40,620 nt of DNA from Octopus bimaculoides. Lineage: Eukaryota. The notes beneath the pieces were generated by a model. That model did not search any database. It saw only the letters and a list, made by a program, of their open reading frames with translations, and was not told the origin of the DNA. This document shows positions 1 through 12,177 of the stretch, in pieces. Both the position numbers and the translations under genes were made by a program. The stretch covers positions 2,272,617-2,313,236 of the forward strand of contig NC_068998.1 in NCBI RefSeq assembly GCF_001194135.2, written 5' to 3'. How positions within the stretch are numbered: the stretch's first letter is position 1; each line of letters opens with the position of its first letter.

Positions 1-896
1 TTTATAGATGGTTGGATGATCCCTTTCTCTGGGTTTGCTGCAGCTATTCCGAGAAGTTTTTCTACCGTTCCATCCGGCACCCCTGTATCGGCATCCAATA
101 CTAAGGTGTAATCAAATCGCCGGTTAAATATATTTTGCACGTCAGATGAATAGTAAAAGGTGGGCTGGTTATAAGGACGGGCCATCTTTCCATAATATTC
201 AATGTCAGTATATGTATAAGCAAAAGATTCTCCCTCAGATAGCAACATTAGATCTTGATATTGTCCACATTTACGTAAAACTTTACTGGTGCGGTGAATT
301 ACCATAAATTCTTGTGCAAATCGATCACATATTGAATCAAGGTGTTGACTAATGAAAATATCTTTTGGACACGTTTGATAATACATCCATACTTTCCTGT
401 AGCGGTCTTGATTGATATCATCATAGTAGCCATTAGCGAAACAGACACCTTCTTTGAAAAGTTCATCGTATATTAACTTCCGGTATTTATCACGACAATC
501 TAGTTCATGTATTTTGAGATCTTCTTCCGACGTTGCACTGACAAGAACAGCAGATACATTGAAACATAAATTGCCCATGAATGCTTGAAACATTGTCTGG
601 AAGCATTCTTCAATATCATCAACTGTAACTGCTAATAAGTTGTAGTTTAGTATGAGTGTGAAATTGTCAGCTACAGCCTTTGGATTTTCTCGATTTTTGC
701 CGCCGACAATCAATGTAGCAATCGTCTGCACAGGGAATTCGTAAACAGAACCTTGCAGGATTCCAAGCACAATGATAAGAAAAATACCTTGTGGTATGCT
801 TGTCTTCTGCCAGTCAATATTGAAAATATTTAAAACCAGTCCAGCAAGAGCCAGCGTAATCCATAGAGAAAAATAAAAATATATTTGCCTTCCCAT
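1..896 (-). CDS. 5' part (298 complete codons, open to the window edge) of a membrane-bound GT-A glycosyltransferase resembling bacterial OpgH/MdoH (GT2) and cyclic beta-1,2-glucan synthase Cgs/NdvB
   Basis: Manual translation from ATG 896 has no stop down to base 1: MGRQIYFYFSLWITLALAGLVLNIFNIDWQKTSIPQGIFLIIVLGILQGSVYEFPVQTIATLIVGG...FMVIHRTSKVLRKCGQYQDLMLLSEG...FDYTLVLDADTGVPDGTVEKLLGIAAANPEKGIIQPSI. Two N-terminal hydrophobic segments, RKxG at codons 208-211 and the DxD motif LDADT at codons 267-271. Compare OpgH (recalled) RKSGN...YMVVLDADSVM...LMEANPNAGIIQ and Cgs (recalled) RKRGKL...VITLDADT. In-frame TAA at 920-918 precedes the ATG. Confidence 0.8.
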   Translation of the reverse strand, partial: MGRQIYFYFSLWITLALAGLVLNIFNIDWQKTSIPQGIFLIIVLGILQGSVYEFPVQTIATLIVGGKNRENPKAVADNFTLILNYNLLAVTVDDIEECFQTMFQAFMGNLCFNVSAVLVSATSEEDLKIHELDCRDKYRKLIYDELFKEGVCFANGYYDDINQDRYRKVWMYYQTCPKDIFISQHLDSICDRFAQEFMVIHRTSKVLRKCGQYQDLMLLSEGESFAYTYTDIEYYGKMARPYNQPTFYYSSDVQNIFNRRFDYTLVLDADTGVPDGTVEKLLGIAAANPEKGIIQPSI

Positions 897-901
897 TGAC
901 C

Positions 902-920
902 CTGTAAATTCAGTTAATTA
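902..920 (-). promoter_or_regulatory. Probable 3' splice acceptor just upstream of the glycosyltransferase ATG (implies an upstream non-coding exon)
   Basis: Minus strand reads TAATTAACTGAATTTACAG|GGTCAATG, with AG at 903-902 five bases before the ATG and a branch-point-like TTAAC/CTGAA upstream. Confidence 0.4.
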
Positions 921-1317
921 TATTTTACTGCACTTTTTTTTTCTGTCGTTTTCGATTTTTAAAATATGTACAAATACTTCCTTGAATTATTTTAACACTT
1001 CTTTTCTTTCTCAATCTTGTTTCACTCCAGCCTCTCAAGAACAGTTTGTTTCTTTTTTTCTTTTTTGAGTAACTCTATTTCTTTATGTATAAATTAACAA
1101 ATAAATAAATATATATATATATGTATATAAATAATATAAACTGGTAAAGATTAAGCGTATCCTTTCAGTCTTTACCTGTCATTATACTGCAGTCATTTAA
1201 AACTAATATCTGAATGAAAAGTTTAAAGAGAGTTCCAACGTTTTGTGTGTTTTCTCTTCAATGAAGCATTAAAAAAACCGCAAGTTGCTTATATAGGAGC
1301 ACTTACGCGCACATGTA

Positions 1318-1348
<31 letters not shown>

Positions 1349-1776
1349 TTACATTTACATTTGTGCGTATATGTGTATGTATCTATATATTTATAGACTT
1401 GTTTGACTAGCTTTTGTAGTTACGTAAGGTAAAACGTAATTTGGGCGACTGGAAATATATTCGTTTTATGTCGTGTTTCTTGTCTTCAAATATCACGTAT
1501 GAGATAATATAGGTGTCTTCTTACCTATCGCTATAAGACGTCTACCTCCCTTCCTACTCCTATGTCCTTCCCTTTAATTCCTTTGTGTTGTAGGTGTGTG
1601 TGTGTGTGTGTTTGCGATGACAGTAAAATATACTTTCGTTTGTTACGCTTATTCTATTTCGTCAATGACCATAGTTCTCAGGATATGGAGAAAAACGTGC
1701 ACTCGGATCTCCGCTCCCACCAAAGAATGTAAATGTTTAATATCATTCTTATTCAACCCCTCCTTCATCATTTTGC

Positions 1777-1819
<43 letters not shown>

Positions 1820-3129
1820 GATCTTCTTCTACGCCACCCTTCCATTCTTCCCCACATCCCATTAATCTAAATATAGCAACAAGTGAATGCCGATTATCCA
1901 AATATCGATCCACCTTTCACTCTGTATGAAATAGTCAATCCTTTGCTCCCTTCACCTACCCTGCACTGTTCCATAATTCACCCCAGCCACCTATGGAGGC
2001 ACCGAACCCTCAGAAAGTGCCTCGAGTTAATACTATGAGCTACTTAGTCTGATTGCAAGGTTGTTTAAGCAGTGGGGGCACTGGATGCTGAACGAATGTT
2101 TAGTCAGTTTGATCGGCATCCCTATTTCCTATAAGGCTGGCGAAGGCAGCAGGAATCCAATTTCTTCCTCGTAGTAAATCTCTGTAAATTTATTTTTCAA
2201 CAGAGTCGCTAACAGCCATTAAAGTAAGACTTGCAAGAGATTTAGTGATTTTTAGACATTGATCATTGAAGAAAATTACCAGCAAAAATAAAATAAATAA
2301 AATTGCTGTCACTGGAAATGAAAGCCTCAAACACATCCACATAAACGTACCACAGGAAAAAATCTGGTTACTTCTAAAAAAACTAGTTCTATTTTGATAT
2401 CCATTTTTATAGCCTAACTCTATATCTAAGAGTTATACCTTTTAGGTTATAATGTTTGTAGCTCTAAATTTATCTTNNNNNNNNNNTACGACAAATTAAG
2501 TAAGCAAAGAAGTTTTTTTGTCAGGTTTCTATTCATATTTATTACGGAAATCTCCCTCTGATAAATAAAGAACATTTTTTTATTAGTTGCTTTAAACAAT
2601 CTTTTTTTTTTATATCAATGACTTTAAATAAATAGAAGAGATCTTATATATTAAAAATAAGATTATCATTTATATTTTTTTTACACGTTTTATTACAGTT
2701 TCTAAATTAAGTCTAATACTTAATTATGTACCAATTGTTATTGTTGTATGTCATTATAATAGCGAAAGATTGTCTTCGACCTAAACGAGTTTGGTTTAAT
2801 ATTATTTAAGATATATAGAAATATATTTCGATAGTTGTAGATTCGACTTAATTATTTTGTTTGTTATAATTTTGTAGTTTTTTTCTTTTTTGTAATTGAT
2901 ATGAAGTTGAATGGCTAACGCTCGCGCTCATAGCACATAGGCATTTGAATTAATTTCCTTTCACAATCCAGCCGTCCTTTCACACGGAATTTCGTCTGTC
3001 TTCAAACCATTGGCTCTGATGAGGCTTATATAAGGAAACTGAATTGTTTATATATCGAAAAATGTATACAAGTAGAAACAAATGGTTGGCTTCTTTGGTT
3101 TTCAATAATTGTTTATGTTATTTTATTAT

Positions 3130-3130
3130 T

Positions 3131-3168
<38 letters not shown>

Positions 3169-3179
3169 TTTCATCATCA

Positions 3180-3258
<79 letters not shown>
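3130..3258. repeat. Compound (CAT)n/(TAT)n microsatellite
   Basis: Directly visible; explains the poly-I/H/Y ORFs at 3044-3331. Confidence 0.95.
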
Positions 3259-3260
<2 letters not shown>

Positions 3261-3886
3261 GATGTCTCCTTCCTCGGCCGCTGCTGATTAAACCGTCAAA
3301 CTTCAGAACCAACATTTCTCTGCTCCCATAAACACTCTTTCTTCAGATCTGCTACTACCTCTGGAGCCTTCACAGAGGAAAAAGAAGAGACAGAGACAGA
3401 GACAGAAAAAAGGAAACTATTTAAAGACCATGGAAATATTTGCAAACCATTTCATTTAATTTTTTCTTCAATTNNNNNNNNNNTATATATATATATATAT
3501 ATTTAAAGTGCTAAAGTACGAAACGCCGAGGTCAACTTTGTTTTCCATTTTTCCGTTGAGGTTAGACGTGGAGAGGGATGGGCATAGCCAGGTCTGAAAT
3601 GGTCGTGAGAGGTTGTATGTCAAGATGGTACCCCGAGGATTCGATTATGAATTTAAGGTGTCATGGTATGATTCGAAAGATTGATTTGTGTGTGCTATAG
3701 GACTGCTCCAGTATGAGCTGTCCCGGGGCTATTCAACGGCAACTACCAGTGTGCCATGTTACTGAACAAACAGAACTGTCTTGGAGCTATGTAATAACAT
3801 CAAAATTAAGAATTATCAACAGCGGTTGTCTTGGGACTCCACATCGACACCATTAGGACTTCTCTAGTAGAATTTTCCTGTGATTA

Positions 3887-4203
3887 TGGCACTCCGTCGG
3901 TTACGACGACGACCATGAGGGTTCCAGTTGATCCGATCAACGGAACAGCCTGCTTGTGAAATTAACATGCAGGTGGCTGAGTACTCCACAGACATGCGTG
4001 TCCTTCACATGGTTCGCGGGGAGATTCAGCGCGACACAAGAATGTGATTAAATCTGGCCTTTTGAAATACAAGTACAACACATTTTTGCCAGTTGAGTGA
4101 ACAGGAGCAAGGTGAAATAAAACATCTTGCTCAAGGACACAACGCGCTGCTGGAAATCGAACTCACAACATTACAATCGCGGTCTGAACACCCTAACCAC
4201 TAG
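3887..4203 (-). mobile_element. tRNA-derived SINE (family A, near full length)
   Basis: Reverse complement shows an A box (TAGTGGTTAGGG), a B box (GTTCGATTTCC), GTGTCCTTGAGCAAG and the 3' body TTCCGTTGATCGGATCAACTGGAACCC...GTAACCGACGGAGTGCC; the same body recurs at 6660, 26150 and 38341. Confidence 0.8.
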
Positions 4204-5313
4204 AAATAGCAGTTAAATCTTTCCCAAATCATACACTACTGTATTGAAAAGAAGAGCACATTGGACAGTGTAATACGCAGAAGTAAAGATTTTTGGTTGT
4301 TCATAAAGAGATTTTCTCAGTAATATGTTTGTTTCTCGAGTCCTACGATTCGTAAGGTTGGATATCCAGATTCCGGGGGATATAAGAATAATTTTCACTG
4401 CCAAGGTATTTGTTAGTTTCAGAATGTATTTCCGTCGTCTGACTTTCACACCATTGGTTTAACCTAAATTAACTAGATTCACGAAATTAACGGAACTCCT
4501 TTGATTGGTAATTTTTTCTAGAGAAAATCACAAACTAGATTATTCCGGTTCTTATTAAGGAAGATAAAGCACAAGGCTACACAATGTAAAGAAAGTTATT
4601 TATGTACATGCATTAATTTTCCATTCGAGCAGGGTTAGGTAGATTTGCATATGAATTCTTGGAATGAGCATTCTAGATTTGAATACGTTCACAATAGCTC
4701 AATGTTAAATAGTCACCAAGACAATAAAGCGATTCCTGTTTTCTCACAAATACAGATCGATGCGACTCGCAATATTAGGATCCCAACTTAAATATATTCA
4801 ATGTAGATAAGGAAAAGCGAAGTTGCTTACTTATCGATCCGTGTGTATCATGTAAGTCTAGAAATAGGAGCGATGACCTCCTCTCGCAAAGACTAATCGT
4901 GTGTCGTTAGTCAGCTGAAGGAGATGTCTTCCTGGGGCTATAAATAACAGTAGCACTGTCCTGTATAGGATGTCACACTTAGTTGGCAAATATATTCTCA
5001 CTCACCTTGCTGTAAGTCATCGTTTTCTTTGTAGCAGCCGGTTCTCTCAATCCGTAGGTAATTATGATAAACTCTGCACGATTTTCGCATACCGCAGACA
5101 ACATTACAATGTATGAGAAGCCGTGTTCTTTCTTTTTCCTTTTTTTTAATTCTGCGTGTTTTATCTTGCAGGAAATCAAGTGCATCAGTAAACAACCATT
5201 TATGAGACACGAAAACCAATTCTGCATTCTATTTATTTGTTTATTTTAAAGTTTTGGTCACTTTTCCTCCAAAGTTAAAAAAATCTCTTACGATGACGAA
5301 ATACTGGGAAAAA

Positions 5314-5345
<32 letters not shown>

Positions 5346-5552
5346 AAACTGTTTCTGATTTAGGTACGAGGCCAGTATTTAAGAGAAGTGGGATTTAATT
5401 AGCCCTATCGATGCCAGCTCTACAGTGGTACGGCATTTTATCGAGCCTAGAGACTTGAAAAGCAAAATTGACCTTAGTAGGATTTGAACTCAGAACGTGA
5501 AATAGTCGAAAAAATACTACAAGGTATCTTGTGCGATGCTCTAACGATTCTA
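5346..5552 (-). mobile_element. SINE with Nin/Deu-type central domain (family B), degenerate
   Basis: Reverse complement contains GAGTTCAAATCC...GGTCAATTTTGCTTTTCAAGTC...CTCGATAAAATG, homologous to copies at 21395 and 23581. Confidence 0.65.
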
Positions 5553-5715
5553 GAATTTTTTTAGTTTCGGTACAAAGGGATAAATTGGTACGTAGACACA
5601 ACCACACACACATCTACAGATATCATAATCGTTGCTATTATGTTAAACAGTCGTATGTCCAAATTTGGACAACAGCGGAAGTGAGCTAGAACGTTAAAAC
5701 TTATATATGTTTATA

Positions 5716-5785
<70 letters not shown>

Positions 5786-5789
5786 TTTA

Positions 5790-6560
5790 TTTTGGTTTGG
5801 CTCAGGCTCGGTCTTATTCCTGGTAGGAATTATGTGGGTAACGGCTTACCACTTGCAACCTTAGGTATCCACAAGTTTTCAGCAGTCTTTCCAGTACTTG
5901 GAACCCTCACGATAATTTTTACTGTCCTTAAGAGACAAACCTTCTGTAGGAGCTCCACCGGGCATTCTATTTCAATCTCCTTCAGCCATTTCTCTATATC
6001 TTGGCTTACTGTTTCGAACGCACCAATTATTATAGGTACGGCTTTTACTGTTCGCATTCTCCAAATGCTTCCTATTTCAAACTATAAGAGATTGTATTTT
6101 TTCTTCCTCTTTCTTTAAGATCCTGGAATCAAACAGGCATTTGGGTCGATAAGTAAGCAACTTCGCTTTTCCTTATCTACAATCGTTATGTCTGGTCTAT
6201 TGTTTTCTAATTTCTTGTCCATTTGAAGAGGAATGTCCCACAGAATCTTACACTTCTCCGACTCCAGGACTCTTTCGACGCGATGACTGTGTCATGTGTT
6301 TCCAGCTTCAAATCCCCATTTCTGGCACAGTTTCCAGGGTATAACTTTTACAACTTGATCGTGCCTCCATTTCTAATATTCTTCCTGTGCCAACTTGGGG
6401 CATTCTGCCACAATGTGTGCCACTGTCTCGTTCTAAGTTCCACAGGTTCTACACTTTCCGACACGTTCTCTCCATATATATTTTTTTTCTCAAGTTGTTT
6501 GTTTTTATTGCTTGATCTTGGGCTGCTACAATTAGACTCTCTGTTTCTTTTTTTAATTGT
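5790..6560 (-). mobile_element. 3' fragment of an R4/Dong-clade non-LTR retrotransposon (CCHC knuckle + restriction-like endonuclease), pseudogenised, followed by a (TAA)n tract
   Basis: Minus-strand frames give LKKETESLIVAAQDQAIKTN, CRTCGT*NETVAHIVAECPKLAQEEY*KWRHD, ILWDIPLQMDKKLENNRPDITIVDKEKRSCLLID and VPIIIGAFETVSQDIEKWLKEIEIECPVELLQKVCLLRT. (TAA)n at about 5716-5785 lies at the 3' end, consistent with the known TAA-repeat targeting of Dong elements. Confidence 0.85.
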
Positions 6561-6659
6561 GTTAGCATCAATTTCGCCGACTTACGGACGGCAGCAGAAG
6601 ACGGAGAGAAGTGACGAAATCTAGTTGCGACGTCATCAACGAATGCCCCAGCGACCACA

Positions 6660-6955
6660 CGTTGGTTGGGTTCCAACTGATTTGATCAACGGAACAGCCT
6701 GTTCGTGAAATTAACGTGCAAGTGGCTGAGTACTCCACAGACCCTCGTATTTTTAACGTAGTTCTCAGAGAGATTCAGCTTGACACAGTGTGTGACAAGG
6801 CTGGCCATCGTTACAGGTAGAACTAATTTTTTGTGAGTTGGGTGGACTGGAGCAACATAAAATGTCTTGATGAAAGCTAAAATGCATCACCGGGATTCGA
6901 AAACTCGACCTTACGTTCGTATGCCGAATACACTAACCACTTAGCTACGCGCCCT
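6660..6955 (-). mobile_element. tRNA-derived SINE (family A)
   Basis: Homologous to 3887-4203 (GATCAACGGAACAGCCTG, GTGGCTGAGTACTCCACAGA, GGACTGGAGCAAC) with a tRNA-like head near 6900-6955. Confidence 0.8.
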
Positions 6956-7129
6956 CACGGTGTTACACCTGCTAAAAAATCGGATGGTCATGGCTGGAAC
7001 GCCTTTGACCCAAGGTACTGGATAAGGGTTGACCGGAGGACTAAACACCGGAATATTCAGTTTAATGTGTGTGTGTTTTGTTTATATGTCTGTATGCGTG
7101 TTTGCGTGTATGTATGCATGTGCCTGCAA

Positions 7130-7216
<87 letters not shown>
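7130..7216. repeat. (TG)n microsatellite
   Basis: Directly visible. Confidence 0.95.
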
Positions 7217-7219
<3 letters not shown>

Positions 7220-7850
7220 AAATATGTTGTCTAGTCCTATGTTCGGCTTTATTGAAAAGGCCTATGGCCGGTGGCACTCTAAGCATGACCGTTATGTTTC
7301 CAGAAATTGTATTCTTCCGGACAACTATCATAATTTATGCTGGTTTATGCTAATGTCTGTGTAGGAGTTTGAATATTTTCACACCATCTCGCGTGTGGGA
7401 GAGGAGAGAGGGGGAGAGAGTGAGAAAGAGAGAATCGTACGACAGAAATAGAAAGCTGTTTGTGAAGGTGTTTGTGCACGCTTGTGCGTGTATCTGTTAA
7501 TATTTGTATGAGTGTATGTTAGCGCGCGCGCGCGCGCGTGTAGCTTTGTGTTACCTAATCTGGGAAGATAACCTTCCTAACTGTAAATTCAATTCTTTGA
7601 AATTCGTAATCTCCTCACCCGTGACAATGTCTTCCTTTCGAGTATTTTTAATTGCAGAAGACATAAGGAGTGTCCCGATCCCTCGTGACGTGGGTAATCT
7701 ACAACAATAGCCAGGGACCCAGCATATTTACATTAGACACACAAGTAAATGGAAGCCTATATCAGGTCTGACAATCTGCTAGAAATGGCAGCCAAATTTC
7801 AAATCATACAGGCAGGTATTAAACAGACAGATATTAAACAGACATATAGA

Positions 7851-7890
<40 letters not shown>

Positions 7891-7902
7891 GTAGGTAGAT
7901 AG

Positions 7903-7972
<70 letters not shown>
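7851..7972. repeat. (AGAT)n microsatellite, adjoining a SINE family B 3' tail fragment at about 7973-8030 (minus)
   Basis: Directly visible; the adjacent TTTCTTTATTAGCCACACAGGG resembles the reverse complement of the 21570-21588 tail. Confidence 0.85.
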
Positions 7973-7973
<1 letters not shown>

Positions 7974-8042
7974 TGTTTCTTTATTAGCCACACAGGGCTG
8001 AACACAGAGGGAACAAGTTACAAAGTAGGGTTTTCTAAATCA

Positions 8043-8447
8043 CTGGATAAGTTCATCAGAGTCACCAGTCTTCGAAACAGGCGCCTGACAGCAAATGAGA
8101 TCGCTGCACAAGTAAGTGTGCCGGTGAAGCTAACGTGTCTCCTACAACCGTGAGGAGAAGACTCATTGCTGCCAGTCTAAATGGCCGTTGCGCTGCCAGA
8201 AGACCACTGATCCGACCTTTGAATAAAAGTAAGCGACTCGTGTGGTCCTGAAGACACCAAACATTGACCGTTGATCAATGAAAACGAGTCCTCTGGACTG
8301 ATGAATCAAAGTTTGAAATCTTCGGATCGCGGCAAAGAGTTTATGTGAGGCGAACAGATGACTCCTGAGTGTATGGTTCCAACTGTAAAGCGGAGTGGGG
8401 GAAGTGTGGTGATCTTGGGGTGTGTTGCAGGCAATAGTGTTGTGGAT
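8043..8447 (+). mobile_element. Tc1-family transposase pseudogene fragment
   Basis: LDKFIRVTSLRNRRLTANEIAAQ / VSPTTVRRRLIAASLNGRCAARRPLI...W*RHQTLTVDQ*KRVLWTDESKF / PTVKRSGGSVVILGC; first catalytic Asp in WTDESKF; stops and frameshifts. Confidence 0.9.
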
Positions 8448-9147
8448 ATGAGTTAATTATGTCATCCAATGACTGTCACTACACATTAATAAAATATTTC
8501 ACCAGAATCTCTCAGTTATTTCCATTTTGTTGATGTTTTTGAAAATAAGGTTAAATTTTCTTAAACTTTTGTATATATNNNNNNNNNNNNNNNNNNNNNN
8601 NNNNNNNNNNNNNNNNNNNNNNNNNNNNNNNNNNNNNNNNNNNNNNNNNNNNNNNNNNNNNNNNNNNNNNNNNNNNNNNNNNNNNNNNNNNNNNNNNNNN
8701 NNNNNNNNNNNNNNNNNNNNNNNNNNNNNNNNNNNNNNNNNNNNNNNNNNNNNNATATATATATATATATATAGTATATATAAATCTCAGTATGTGTGTA
8801 TAATGATTAACGCATACATTTCCACAATTCTCAACCGATTTTCACCAAACTTTACACACACATTATGTCTCAAGGATGGTCATGGTATTTGAACCCAGAA
8901 CATAAGAAGTCTTTAAAAAGCCGCTAAACGTTTTGTCCAAAGAGGAGTGTAGTGGATTAGAGCATAAACTGAGAGGAAGAGAGGAGGAAGTAACGGAAGA
9001 GAGATAGTGATGGTTACATAGTTTATGACGGCGGAAAACGGAGTCTTAGGAGCTAAAGAGGACATATTTTAATTACGTCGGATTTAGGCAAAAAGTTAAT
9101 TCAACCTCGGTGAGATAATGAGGTAAATTTGTTGGTGGGGATGTTTG

Positions 9148-9181
<34 letters not shown>

Positions 9182-9296
9182 GTTTATTACCCAACGCGCA
9201 TGTGCTCGCATTCCGTTGTGGAACTGGTGTCGCTAGAGACTGAAGAACATAGATTTTTAGCTTATCGTAGCTGAGAATAACGAATGGCTAAATATA

Positions 9297-9632
9297 CATG
9301 ATGATGATGATGATGATGATGACGGCGGTGATGATGCTGATAGTGATAATGATAATTGGAGATGATGATGATGATAATGAAGGCGATGATGATGATGATG
9401 ATGAAAGAGATGGAAATGGTGATGGTTGTGATGATGATGATGATGATAATTCTGCTAATGATGTATGATGATGATGATGATGGTGGTGAGAAAGATGATA
9501 GTGATAAATACAAAAACATATTGATTTTTCTTGCTCTTCTTCATCACCTCCCCCTCCTCCTAGTCGTCCTTCCTCTTCTTCTTCTTCTTCTTCTTCTTCT
9601 TCTTCTTCTTCTTCTTCTTCTTCTTCTTCTTC
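9297..9632. repeat. Degenerate (GAT)n tract and (CTT)n microsatellite
   Basis: Directly visible. Confidence 0.9.
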
Positions 9633-10147
9633 TCATTCTTGTAAATCTACCCTTGCCTCATGCCTCCAGACTCCTCTACAATTCGCAATTTAGCATCAAT
9701 AGCGGTCTTCTATAGGCATCTAAACATACATGCATATATGTAATGTCATTGTCCCGTCTCTCCATTCTCTCTCTCTCTCTCTCTCCCCCATTCTCTCTCT
9801 CTCTCTCTCTCCCATTCTCTCTCTCACTCTCTCTCTCCCATTCTCTCTCTCTCCCATTCTCTCTCTCTCNNNNNNNNNNNNNNNNNNNNNNNNNNNNNNN
9901 NNNNNNNNNNNNNNNNNNNNNNNNNNNNNNNNNNNNNNNNNNNNNNNNNNNNNNNNNNNNNNNNNNNNNNNNNNNNNNNNNNNNNNNNNNNNNNNNNNNN
10001 NNNNNNNNNNNNNNNNNNNNNNNNNNNNNNNNNNNNNNNNNNNNNNNNNNNNNNNNNNNNNNNNNNNNNNNNNNNNNNNNNNNNNNNNNNNNNNNNNNNN
10101 NNNNNNNNNNNNNNNNNNNNNNNNNNNNNNNNNNNNNNNNNNNNNNN

Positions 10148-10203
<56 letters not shown>

Positions 10204-10629
10204 CGGGAAGCAAAAGGCACTGCCCAATGACACTTTACAGAATCTCAGATGTTGATGGCAAGGTGGGAAGATGTCCAAGACCTGACACGTGACTGCTTCA
10301 AACTGACTCCGCTAATGGTGCCATGAGATGATGTTATTAAGTCAACCCTCCACAAAAAACGGAACGGAATTTGAACACAGAACGGAAAGAATCATAGCAA
10401 ATACGGAAGAGTTCCAGTTTGACGTTTGTTACAGTCCCCCTCCACCCAATCTGCCACCCTCGATTAGTAGCCCTTTTTTATTATCGAGCCCCGAAAGATC
10501 GATGGATGAAATTGTCCGAAAATCCAATAACTTATCGTTTGTCTTTGATATTGTTATTGTTGTTGTTTATGTTTATTTAAGTTTTACCATTTTTTGTTTA
10601 AGAATAAATTACCAAAAATTATAATATCC

Positions 10630-11081
10630 TTAGCATTCCGAATCGGAAGACGTTTCAACTGTTCCACAGTAGAACGATTTGAAGGACTTCAACTGTTCGA
10701 ATCTCTTCCGTTCATTCTTCATCTTCTCTTTCCTTTTCCGACATCGATTTAACGATGACATTACGTTGGTTGCTGTGTTATCCGAAGTACCAATGCAAAG
10801 AGATGTCTCCGAAATATTCTCGAAACCTCCAGCTATGGATTGCTTTGTGTTCTCTGACGCTATTGCTGCTTCCATCATCTTCATTTGCAGTTTTTCAGTC
10901 TTTAGTCTATCGATCTCCAACGATTTCTTCGTTTCGTATCTTTTCCTTCTCTCTTTTTCACGTCTTCTAAAATCTGAGTAGTTGTCTCTCTTAGGGTGGT
11001 AGGACAGAGTCACGTCATTGCTTCGGATAGTTAATCCTGGATTATTATCTTTGATCCGGTGGTCAAGTCTGATTCTACCAT
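10630..11081 (-). CDS. Terminal coding exon of an uncharacterised basic, charged protein (predicted 158 aa)
   Basis: Polypyrimidine acceptor TTTTTTTCGTTTATTTTTAG| (AG 11083-11082), phase 1, 149 open codons GRIRLDHRIKDNNPG...ETSSDSEC then TAA; AATAAA about 50 nt downstream (10578-10573). Confidence 0.7.
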
Positions 11082-11752
11082 CTAAAAATAAACGAAAAAA
11101 AATAAAAACAAGCATTAATAAATCTGATAAAACAAGTTAATGTCTTGTGTGGTGGTGGTGATGGTGGGGATGAGGAGGGGAGGTGACGGTGGCGGAGGCA
11201 ACGGTGGGGGAATGTAGGTAGAAAAATATTAACTTGACGGACGAGATATCTTGCGGCATCCGCTTTGGCTCACATTCTACATCGTACGACAAGACCCAGT
11301 AAAAAAAAAAGGTCATAGGCTTGGAAAGTGCAACCAGCTTCATGCCAGACGATTTTTTCTAGGACTTGGGGGGGGGGGTCTCGCGCATAACAAAACGCAA
11401 TAAAGTGCATAATACATTATTTAATTATTTGATTATTACATACATAATACATGTGCATTACATGTCGCTAGGTTCACAGACAACAGGTGGACTTGTGCAG
11501 TTGCCGAATGGTATTCAAGAGATTGGAAAAGCCCACTTGGAAGGCGTCCAAGGTGATGGGAAGACTATTTAATAAAGTGATTTGGATCAAAATAGGAAAG
11601 AATGATGCAATCAAGACAGAATTGGAAGCGCATTGTGATCAGCGGTGTGTAACAGGATCTGATGGTCTGTTCGATACTATGACACTGTTATGTATTACAT
11701 CTATACTATATACGAGGGGGTTTAAATTTAGGACTTACAGTATCGTGTAAGG

Positions 11753-12012
11753 CAGTGGTTCTCCACCGTGGTCCATTTGGCCCGTAGGGTCCATTTAAGA
11801 TTTTCTTGTTAAAATTTATGGGTATTAAATTGGTTATTCTTCTACAAGACACAAAATATTTCAACAATTTTTTATACAATTCCTGATAATATTTAATTAG
11901 AAAACAATAATAGTTTAAAAAACAAACAACAACTCGAAATGGCTGTGAGGATCCATTTAAATGAAACAAGAATCCAAAGAACCCATAGGTAAAAAATGGT
12001 TGAGAACCACTT
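11753..12012. mobile_element. hAT (Charlie-like) MITE, 260 bp
   Basis: TIRs CAGTGGTTCTCCACC / GGTTGAGAACCACTT; perfect 8-bp TSD GTGTAAGG at 11745-11752 and 12013-12020. Confidence 0.92.
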
Positions 12013-12177
12013 GTGTAAGGCATGACAATCCTTTCGAAGGAGTATGTCGTGGGTTTCAAACTGGATCTATAATATCCTATAATATCCACCTGGCAGTGGT
12101 TTTGTGAACAGGTGAGGACAGAAGGAAAAGCTTCGTCGTGGCTGAGAAAGACTAAAGTTGAAAGCGAAGAATTGCCT

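Noticed and set aside
3560-4480. Unassigned non-repetitive stretches (3560-3880, 4260-4480) and the 78-aa ORF 4213-4449
   Set aside because: Translations in the frames I checked gave no motif I could support; possibly old transposon debris.
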